A stretch of DNA of 64,000 nt. Origin: an uncultured Actinomycetes bacterium (GTDB taxonomy: Bacteria; Actinomycetota; Thermoleophilia; RBG-16-64-13). The stretch spans positions 24,540 to 88,539 of the forward strand of contig CAVQME010000001.1 in assembly GCA_963713545.1 (NCBI GenBank). The letters are read 5' to 3'. Below, piece after piece: positions 19,965 to 27,355 of this stretch; positions within the stretch are counted from its first letter, which is position 1; each line of letters starts with the position of its first letter. The position numbers were made by a program, and so were the translations under genes. Below the pieces are notes generated by a model, which worked only from the letters and a program-made list of their open reading frames with translations, was not told the DNA's origin and made no database searches.

Positions 19965-21410
19965 ATGGGAGCGCCTTCACTGCGACAGCTGAGCGACGTC
20001 CTCTGGGAGCTGCCGGTCGAGGGCGGCATGCGTGTCCCCGGCCGTATCTACGCCGACCGTGAACTGGTGGCAGCGTTGCGAGAAGACCAGAGCCTGGTAC
20101 AGGTCAGCAACGTCGCTCATCTTCCCGGGATCCTGTGTTGGTCGCTGGCCATGCCGGATATCCACTACGGCTACGGCTTTCCCATCGGAGGCGTAGCCGC
20201 CTTTGCCGTCGATGAGGGAGTGGTGTCGCCCGGTGGAGTGGGATACGACATCAACTGCGGTTGCAGGCTTCTGGCGACCGACCTGGACTCGGCGGACATC
20301 CGAGACAAGGTGCCACGGATGGTGGACCAGCTCTTCCGGGATGTACCCTCCGGCGTCGGCTCCAGCGGGGCCATAGCCAAGCTTTCTCGTACGGAGCTAG
20401 AGAAAGTGCTTGTCAAGGGGGCCGCCTGGGCAGTGGAGCGAGGCTACGGTTCTCCCGAGGACCTGGCGCACACGGAGGACCGCGGCGCCCTGCCGGGTGC
20501 CGACCCGGCCGCGGTCAGCGAAAGAGCCTACGCCCGCGGACAGGATCAAGTGGGGACGCTGGGGTCGGGCAACCACTTCCTGGAGATCCAGGTGGTGGAA
20601 GAGGTCTTCGACAGCGAGGCCGCGCAAGCCTACGGCCTGCGCCCCGGCCAGGTCACGGTCATGGTCCACTGCGGGTCGCGCGGCCTGGGGTACCAAGTGT
20701 GCGAGGACTACCTGAGCGTGATGGCGGCCGCCACCTCCCGCTACCACCTGCAACTTCCAGACCGGCAACTCTCTTGTGCGCCGGTCGGCTCCGCGGAGGG
20801 CAAGAGATACCTCGCAGCCATGGCGTGCGCCGCCAATTATGCCTGGGCGAACCGCCAGATGATCATGCACCTCACCGAACAGGCACTCCTCCGTGCGCTT
20901 CACATTTCTCCAAAGGAACTCAACCTGCGTCTGGTCTACGACGTGGCGCACAACATCGCCAAGTTGGAGACGCATGAGGTAGCCGGAGCCTCAGTGGAGA
21001 CCTGCGTGCATCGGAAGGGAGCCACCCGAGCGTTCGGACCCGGCCGGGCCGAGGTGCCGGACGACTACCAGGCAGTGGGACAGCCTGTGCTCATCCCCGG
21101 CGATATGGGCACGGCGTCTTTCGTGTGCAAAGGCACCGAGGAGGCCATGAGACGGAGCTTCGGCTCCACGTGCCACGGGGCCGGGCGGGTGATGAGCAGA
21201 ACCCAGGCCCTGAAGCGGGCCAAGGGTAGATCGATAGCCGCGGAACTGGCCAAGGACGGCGTGTTCGTGCGGTCGCAGGGACCGAGGACTCTGGGCGAGG
21301 AGATGCCGGAAGCTTACAAGGACGTGGAGCGAGTGGTGGCTGTGATGGACCGGGCGGGGATATCTCCGCGAGTGGCGCGATTGCGCCCCCTCGGAGTGGT
21401 CAAAGGGTAA
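19965..21410 (+). CDS. rtcB: RNA-splicing ligase RtcB
   Basis: 481-aa ORF with MPDIHYGYGFPIGGVAA, GYDINCG and GSGNHFLEIQ motifs and an HNIA region. Confidence 0.97.
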   Translation: MGAPSLRQLSDVLWELPVEGGMRVPGRIYADRELVAALREDQSLVQVSNVAHLPGILCWSLAMPDIHYGYGFPIGGVAAFAVDEGVVSPGGVGYDINCGCRLLATDLDSADIRDKVPRMVDQLFRDVPSGVGSSGAIAKLSRTELEKVLVKGAAWAVERGYGSPEDLAHTEDRGALPGADPAAVSERAYARGQDQVGTLGSGNHFLEIQVVEEVFDSEAAQAYGLRPGQVTVMVHCGSRGLGYQVCEDYLSVMAAATSRYHLQLPDRQLSCAPVGSAEGKRYLAAMACAANYAWANRQMIMHLTEQALLRALHISPKELNLRLVYDVAHNIAKLETHEVAGASVETCVHRKGATRAFGPGRAEVPDDYQAVGQPVLIPGDMGTASFVCKGTEEAMRRSFGSTCHGAGRVMSRTQALKRAKGRSIAAELAKDGVFVRSQGPRTLGEEMPEAYKDVERVVAVMDRAGISPRVARLRPLGVVKG

Positions 21411-21927
21411 GGGAACCGTCTCCGCCTGTGCCGGTAGCTCCTTCGTCGGGCTCGCTCAGGCTCACCCCGTCGTCCTCCCCGGTCTCGCCCTTCTGCAGAC
21501 GCTGGGCGGCTGCGTGGCGAAGACGAGCCGCCTCTCTGACCGGCAGCGACTCACTGAGCTTCAACAAGACGTCGGGTGGGACCCGGTCCTTCAGCGCGTC
21601 CATGACTGCGTGCACAGCCCTTGTCGCTTCTTCCCTGGCCTGATACGACCCTGCCCTCTGGACGGCCTGAACCAGAGCCTCCACCTGATCCTTGACCGCC
21701 TTGCCCTTGTCGCTGAGCAGATCGGGGACGGCGAAGCTGAGCTTGAACTCGAGCTTGTCGCTGCGCTTGTACCGAGTGAGCCGCTGGATCACGCGAAGGA
21801 GCCCGCTCCAAATCAAGTGCCCGGTTGTGAACCGGCGATACTTGCGGCGACGAAAGCGAGGCCCGACAACGACTGCACCAGAACCACTGTTCTGCACTGG
21901 AGTTCCTCTGTTGTTCACGACTCCCAT
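21400..21927 (-). CDS. Hypothetical protein (weak DUF2267-like helical pattern)
   Basis: This is the C-terminal 175 codons of track ORF 21400-22278; the upstream part overlaps the AMMECR1 gene. There is no convincing Shine-Dalgarno sequence, so the start is uncertain. It has an acidic, low-complexity tail. Confidence 0.35.
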   Translation of the reverse strand: MGVVNNRGTPVQNSGSGAVVVGPRFRRRKYRRFTTGHLIWSGLLRVIQRLTRYKRSDKLEFKLSFAVPDLLSDKGKAVKDQVEALVQAVQRAGSYQAREEATRAVHAVMDALKDRVPPDVLLKLSESLPVREAARLRHAAAQRLQKGETGEDDGVSLSEPDEGATGTGGDGSLTL

Positions 21928-22018
21928 AGATAGATTGAATGATACCTCAGCGCAGGGCCGCTGGAAAGGCTCCGTCGCCACCAGACAGCCCCGCGGCGGG
22001 CCGCAGGATGGCTGCACG

Positions 22019-22552
22019 CTAGTGATGACGCTCCACCCTGAAGCGAGAGAGACGGTATCGGTCGCGGCTAGGATCGATGCCTCCCTTGCGACAGGTGATG
22101 GCCAATTGCTGCTCCGGCGTGTCCACTCCCTCGAGGTCGGGGAGAAGCAGTGCTTGCCGACCATCGGCCGTCTGCACGATGATGCCGTACTCCTTCGGAT
22201 CGAGATCGGCCACGCCGTCGACCGCTTCCGGGGGCCCCAGGACGTCCACCGACACGTCCAAACCATCAAGCTCATCAAGGGTCAGGGGATAGAAGCGCGG
22301 ATCTCTCGTGGCCGCGCTTATCGCGTTGCCGACGATCTCTTCCTCGATGCTGTCGCGGGTAGGCCCTATAGTTCCGATGCAGCCCCGCAGAGAACCATCT
22401 CCCCGGTGGAGTGAGACAAACACGCCCGCTCGTCGAGGCTCCGGCCCAAGCGGCTTCGGCTCGAGGACGGCGTGGTCTCGCACATAGGCCTCGATTGCCT
22501 CGCGGGCCAGCCTGACAAGGGGATCACCGGGAGCTTTCGCCCCGCCGCTCAT
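22019..22552 (-). CDS. AMMECR1-domain protein (AmmeMemoRadiSam system protein A-like)
   Basis: 177-aa ORF. GVFVSLHRGDGSLRGCIGTIGPT...AATRDPRF matches the AMMECR1 core. Confidence 0.9.
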   Translation of the reverse strand: MSGGAKAPGDPLVRLAREAIEAYVRDHAVLEPKPLGPEPRRAGVFVSLHRGDGSLRGCIGTIGPTRDSIEEEIVGNAISAATRDPRFYPLTLDELDGLDVSVDVLGPPEAVDGVADLDPKEYGIIVQTADGRQALLLPDLEGVDTPEQQLAITCRKGGIDPSRDRYRLSRFRVERHH

Positions 22553-23406
22553 CCGTCACCTTCCTCTGCTGCCGTTGCGGCCCACAAGATCTCGACTTCA
22601 CCCACCATGTAACCGACCCCGAACGGCCCTTCGTACGACAGCATGTGGTTGCGCACGTGTCCGCCGGCAGTCCCTACGGCCCCGACCACCCCTGAGAGCG
22701 TCGCCAGTGAGCGGTAGCCGCATTCTCCCGCCGCCCTGACCAGCCCGGGATCGATCGAGAGGAGGGCCTCCCAGTCTCCGGCGGCGAACGCGTCGACCAC
22801 CGCCCGGTCGAACTCCAGTCCCCGAGGGTCGTAGCCGGCCGGAGCTCCAGGAAGCAGCCGGTGGCTGAGGTCGCTGCTGGCGACGTACACGACCCGGGCG
22901 GGCGCCGCCATCATGGCCCGGCCCACGATCTCCCCAAAACGTAGGTGCTCCTCGAGGCTCAGGTAGGAGAAGCCGAGCTCGACCAGGCGGCAGGGGCCTT
23001 CAAGCGCTCCCATCAGATACCAGAGAGGGACCATCGCCCCGTGGTCGAGCTCGACCACCTCCCCGTGGGAGGCGGTGATGACTGTAGGAACACCGTGACC
23101 CTCGGCCTCTTCCAGGATGGTCTCCGCCAAGCCCTGGTCGCCCGCCGCTTCGATGCGTACGTGCGGCGCCCGGAAGAAGACCAAAGATCCTCGGTACGCA
23201 GAAGCGAGCGACACCCCCATCTGACTGCGAGCGAGGGGACTATGGGGAGACATGAGGACGATGGTCTCGGGATGGAGCGCGGCCGCTCGTTCCCGTAGCG
23301 TCAACATCGCCCGCACCGTCGAGTCCACCTCTGCCAGGCTGTCTCCCCCCACCTCCGGCACGATTATCGGCGGATGGGGCGCGACGAAACATCCGACAAG
23401 CGCCAT
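22549..23406 (-). CDS. Class III extradiol dioxygenase-like / Memo-superfamily protein (AmmeMemoRadiSam partner)
   Basis: MALVGCFVAPHPPIIVPEVGG...LMSPHSP...DHGAMVPL...SSDLSHR is a LigB/Memo-type fold pattern. ATG at 23406 follows GAGGGAGG. There is a 4-nt overlap with the AMMECR1 gene. Confidence 0.8.
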   Translation of the reverse strand: MALVGCFVAPHPPIIVPEVGGDSLAEVDSTVRAMLTLRERAAALHPETIVLMSPHSPLARSQMGVSLASAYRGSLVFFRAPHVRIEAAGDQGLAETILEEAEGHGVPTVITASHGEVVELDHGAMVPLWYLMGALEGPCRLVELGFSYLSLEEHLRFGEIVGRAMMAAPARVVYVASSDLSHRLLPGAPAGYDPRGLEFDRAVVDAFAAGDWEALLSIDPGLVRAAGECGYRSLATLSGVVGAVGTAGGHVRNHMLSYEGPFGVGYMVGEVEILWAATAAEEGDG

Positions 23407-23420
23407 GTTCGCACCTCCCT

Positions 23421-24512
23421 CTAGCGGTCCAGCCCCGCGATCTCGCGACCGCAGGAGAGACAGCGACCTTCGTTGACCAGATTCTTGCGGAGCGCGAAGC
23501 CCTGGCGTTCGATCACCGAGGCTCCGCACGCGGGGCACATCGTCGATTCGGAGGAATGACCGGGGACGTTACCCCCGTAGACGTAGTGGAGCCCCTCCGT
23601 CCGCCCGATCCTGACGGCCCTCTCCACCGAATCGAGCGGTGTCGGGGGCACGTCCAGCAGCCGATAGGTGGGATAGAACCTAGAGACGTGCCACGGAATG
23701 TCGGGGGACATGGAGGCCAGGAACGAGGCTATGGCACGCAGCTCTTCGTCGCCATCGTTGCGCCCAGGAATGAGCAGCGTGGTCACCTCCACCCACACTC
23801 CCATCTCCCACAGGCGACGGATAGAGTCCAGGACCGGCTTCAGTCGCGCCCCTACCAGAGCGCGGTAGAACTCGTCCGAGAAAGATTTGAGATCCACGTT
23901 GGCCGCATGCAGATCGCCATCGATGTCGGCCAAAGTCTCTGCCGTCATGTAGCCGTTGGTCACGAACACGTTCTTGAGCCCAGTAGTCGTGGCCAGGCGA
24001 GCGCAGTCGCGCGCGTACTCGTAGAAGATCGTCGGCTCGGTGTACGTATAGGAGACGCTCAGGCAGCCGGCTGCCTGAGCCGCCGAGACGACCTGCTCGG
24101 GAGACTGCGGCCTGCCGATGATCCGCCCCTGTTCGCTGGGCATCTGGCTGATATCGGCGTTCTGACAGAACTTGCATCGAAAGTTGCATCCCACCGTCGC
24201 TATCGAGAAGCTCAGACTGCCTGGCAGGAAATGGAAAAGAGGCTTCTTCTCGATCGGGTCGACTGCTGTGGAGATGGGGCAGCCGTACACGAGGGTATAG
24301 AGGACGCCTTCCCGGTTCTCGCGGACCCCACACAGACCCGCTTCCCCCGGGGCGATGCGGCAGTGGTGAGCGCAGAGGAAGCAATGGACCCGCGGGCCAC
24401 CGCGCCATTCTTCCCAGAGGGCCGCCCGCGTGACACCTGACGCCTGGCAGCTTTCCACCGATCGGTCCTCCTCGAGCCGGCGAGAGATCAACCACGTCCG
24501 GCTGGACGTCAT
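23421..24512 (-). CDS. AmmeMemoRadiSam-system radical SAM enzyme (PFL-activase-like)
   Basis: 363-aa ORF with the radical SAM motif CNFRCKFCQN, an N-terminal Cys cluster CFLCAHHCRI...GLCGVR and a C-terminal CPACG...CLSCG. Confidence 0.9.
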   Translation of the reverse strand: MTSSRTWLISRRLEEDRSVESCQASGVTRAALWEEWRGGPRVHCFLCAHHCRIAPGEAGLCGVRENREGVLYTLVYGCPISTAVDPIEKKPLFHFLPGSLSFSIATVGCNFRCKFCQNADISQMPSEQGRIIGRPQSPEQVVSAAQAAGCLSVSYTYTEPTIFYEYARDCARLATTTGLKNVFVTNGYMTAETLADIDGDLHAANVDLKSFSDEFYRALVGARLKPVLDSIRRLWEMGVWVEVTTLLIPGRNDGDEELRAIASFLASMSPDIPWHVSRFYPTYRLLDVPPTPLDSVERAVRIGRTEGLHYVYGGNVPGHSSESTMCPACGASVIERQGFALRKNLVNEGRCLSCGREIAGLDR

Positions 24513-24575
24513 GCCGTTGCTCTTCTTTTCTCTCTAGTACCCGCGATGACGCGAGACAAACAAGAGAGCGGCGGT

Positions 24576-25298
24576 TCAGAGACCGGCTGAGTGCGACGAG
24601 CGGGTCCCGATCAGCCTGCGCCGGGCGCGAGTCAAGGGGGACAGGCCTTGGAACCCCCAATTCAAGGTGTATTCCTTGGGGTTGAGCTCGTGCTCCACTG
24701 TACCCTGCTCCAGCAAGAGCACCAACGTCTCCCGAGTCGGCAGCGCATCGACCAGCACGTAGACCAGACCCACCTCGGCCGCCCGGTGCGCGTCGCTGCC
24801 CGCTCCCTGCGGCTTGCCCAGGCGCCGCGCCAGCCGATAGGCCTTCCGCGAGCACCAGGGGCCCAGCGAGCGACCGTTGACTACCTCGATGATGTCGGAC
24901 TGCGCCGCGACCCTCTCTCGCTGGCGAGGGTCGATGGCCCCGCGGCGAGGCCAGTCGTAGGGGTGAGGCAGATAGACCAGACCCCCCTGGGCCCGTATCC
25001 GTTTGATGGCTTCGGTTATGGGGAGATGAGCGGGGATCTTCTCGGTGACGTAAAGCCCGATGACCTCACCGGCCTCGGTGGACAGTTCGATACCCGGGAT
25101 GACCCTGGGTAGAGAGGGATCGGATCCGGCCAGAGCCGCGGCCTGGAGGGCACCGTCGACGGTGTTGTGGTCGGTGATCGCGATGCAGGAGATTCCCCGG
25201 GCGGCCGCCTCTACCAGGAGCTCGCGCGGAGACAGCAGGCCATCAGGAGAGAGGGCCGTGTGGTTGTGAAGATCCAGCCTAAGGCCGGAGACGCCCAC
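24576..25298 (-). CDS. PHP-domain metal-dependent phosphoesterase
   Basis: LDLHNHTALSPDG...AITDHNTVDG...GSDAH are PHP motifs. Confidence 0.85.
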   Translation of the reverse strand: MGVSGLRLDLHNHTALSPDGLLSPRELLVEAAARGISCIAITDHNTVDGALQAAALAGSDPSLPRVIPGIELSTEAGEVIGLYVTEKIPAHLPITEAIKRIRAQGGLVYLPHPYDWPRRGAIDPRQRERVAAQSDIIEVVNGRSLGPWCSRKAYRLARRLGKPQGAGSDAHRAAEVGLVYVLVDALPTRETLVLLLEQGTVEHELNPKEYTLNWGFQGLSPLTRARRRLIGTRSSHSAGL

Positions 25299-25300
25299 GC

Positions 25301-25501
25301 TCAGACATCCGGAAAGGAGCCGCTGATACGCCGCCGCCTGCGGTCGCGTATGACTCGCTTGCCTCCCCCTTCAATCGACTCGCGCCGTTCACTCTCGCGC
25401 CGGTCGATGATGACTTCGACTCCCTCTACGCCCTCGAAGCGTTTCTTGAACTCCTCGTAGTACTTGTCCGCGAGCTCGCGGGGGATCACGTAGTAGATCA
25501 C
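25301..25501 (-). CDS. Small Arg/Glu-rich hypothetical protein
   Basis: GTG at 25501 follows GGAGGAGG. It reads (M)IYYVIPRELADKYYEEFKKRFEGVEGVEVIIDRRESERRE...RDRRRRR. I recognise no family. Confidence 0.5.
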   Translation of the reverse strand: MIYYVIPRELADKYYEEFKKRFEGVEGVEVIIDRRESERRESIEGGGKRVIRDRRRRRISGSFPDV

Positions 25502-25587
25502 TCGGCGCCTCCTCCAAAGCTCCAATAAGTTCTATGATAATGTCTGCTGCCTCGGTGTCCAAGAGTCACGAGCTTTCATACTAGCGT

Positions 25588-27315
25588 ATGGCTGATACGC
25601 CTGATACTACAGAAGAAAGCGCGGCGGGACCGCTTCTCAAGAACCGATACCGGCTGGGACGGGTCTTGGGACGCGGCGGTATGTGCATCGTATACCAGGC
25701 CTGGGACACCCGGCTACAGCGGAACGTGGCGGTGAAACGCCTCGAACCCCCACTGAACGAAGACCCCCGCACCCGAGCCCGGTTCGACCGTGAGGGCCGG
25801 GCACTGGCCCAGCTCTCGCATCCCAATCTGGTGACCCTCATAGACCGAGGATCGACCGAGAACGAAGACTACTTGGTCTTCGAATACGTCGAAGGCCGCT
25901 CTCTCAAAGAGCTGACGCGCGAGGGCCCCCTAGGCGTCGCCGAGGCGGGCCAGATCGCGGGGCAGGTGGCCGAGGGGCTGGCCGCCGCTCACGCGGCGGG
26001 GATCGTACATAGGGATATCAAACCCCAGAACATCCTCATCGACCGGAACGGCCATGCCAAGGTGACTGACTTCGGCATCGCCACCGGGCCCGACTGGACC
26101 CGGGTGACGCGCGCCGGCTCGATCATCGGAAGCGCTCGCTACATGTCCCCCGAGCAGATCAGGAGCAAGCCGGTGGATGCCCGCTCGGACATCTACTCGC
26201 TCGGGGTGGTCATGTACGAGATGCTCGCCGGCCATCCGCCCTTCGACGGCACGAACATGCCTGAGATAGCCCGCCAGCATCTCAACAATCCGCCGCCGTC
26301 GCTCTCCGAGCTTCGGAGCGACCTGCCGGCAGGGCTGGAAAAGGTGGTCATGCGGTGCCTTGAGAAACTGCCCGAAGACAGATTCGTCTCCATGGACGAG
26401 CTGATGGGCGCCCTCGTCGGGCTTGGACTCTACGTCCCCCAACGCGTGGCCGAGGTGGCCCCGCCGCACAAACGCCAGCAGAAGCGGGGCGCCGCGGATG
26501 AGCGCCGGCCGCGCCATGTCGTCGGAGGGATCCCGGACGATCCTCACTCGGCTACGGGGGAAGACGCTGGTGACGCGGGCTGGGAACGCGATTTCGTCCG
26601 CGCCCGGGTCCGCAAGAAGCGGGCAGCCCGCCGCTGGAAGATACTGGGTACACTGGCGGCCATCGTTGTCATCGTCGCCGTGGCACTCGTACTGCTGTGG
26701 CCGAGCGGCGGCGCTCCGGCTGTCGTGGGGCTCACGCTCACTCAGGCGCAGGAGTTGGCGAAAGATGCGGGTATGACGGTCGAAAAGGCGTCCGAAGTGC
26801 CATCCTTCGACGAGCAGGCCGGGATCGTGCTGGAGCAGGACCCGGCTCCTGAGGGCAAGGCCGAAGATGACGTTCTCCGCGTCACTGTCACCAGAGAGCC
26901 CACGCCAGTCGCGGTGACCGAGATCCAGGACTACGACCCTGAGGGCGACGAGACGGAGAATCCGGATACGCTGTCCAAGATGACCGACGGGAAGGACAGC
27001 ACAAGCTGGACGACCGAGCTCTATCGGTCGGCAGAGTTCGGCGGGCTCAAGAGCGGTGTCGGCTTCGACTTCACCTTGGAAGAGGCAGCCACGATCATCG
27101 AGATCGTGTCGCCCGTCGAGGGGTGGAAGGGCGAGCTACTGCAGAACATAGAGTCCGGCACCGCCGCCCGGCTTGCGACCCTCGACGGCGATGCGAACCA
27201 GATCATCACCCTGCGCGAGACGATCACCTCGGGGAGGATGTGGTTCACGGAGTTGGCCAAGCTCACCGAGGACCGGTGGGGCGTCGAGATATCGGAGCTA
27301 CGCTTCTACCGGTAG
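25588..27315 (+). CDS. Ser/Thr protein kinase with TM segment, PASTA-like domain and C-terminal discoidin/F5-8-type-C-like domain
   Basis: Kinase motifs GRGGMCIVY, VAVK, HRDIKPQN, DFGIA and SPE. TM segment ILGTLAAIVVIVAVALVLLW. PASTA-like VVGLTLTQAQELAKDAGMTV. C-terminal beta-rich domain ...DGKDSTSWTTE...WGVEISELRFY. Confidence 0.93.
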   Translation: MADTPDTTEESAAGPLLKNRYRLGRVLGRGGMCIVYQAWDTRLQRNVAVKRLEPPLNEDPRTRARFDREGRALAQLSHPNLVTLIDRGSTENEDYLVFEYVEGRSLKELTREGPLGVAEAGQIAGQVAEGLAAAHAAGIVHRDIKPQNILIDRNGHAKVTDFGIATGPDWTRVTRAGSIIGSARYMSPEQIRSKPVDARSDIYSLGVVMYEMLAGHPPFDGTNMPEIARQHLNNPPPSLSELRSDLPAGLEKVVMRCLEKLPEDRFVSMDELMGALVGLGLYVPQRVAEVAPPHKRQQKRGAADERRPRHVVGGIPDDPHSATGEDAGDAGWERDFVRARVRKKRAARRWKILGTLAAIVVIVAVALVLLWPSGGAPAVVGLTLTQAQELAKDAGMTVEKASEVPSFDEQAGIVLEQDPAPEGKAEDDVLRVTVTREPTPVAVTEIQDYDPEGDETENPDTLSKMTDGKDSTSWTTELYRSAEFGGLKSGVGFDFTLEEAATIIEIVSPVEGWKGELLQNIESGTAARLATLDGDANQIITLRETITSGRMWFTELAKLTEDRWGVEISELRFYR

Positions 27316-27355
27316 CGCCCGGCGCACCTTCGGACGCGTGCCCCCCGGGGGGGCG

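Noticed and set aside
21928-22278. N-terminal 117 codons of track ORF 21400-22278
   Set aside because: This segment overlaps the well-supported AMMECR1 gene (22019-22552) in another frame. Only the part downstream of ATG 21927 is kept, at low confidence.
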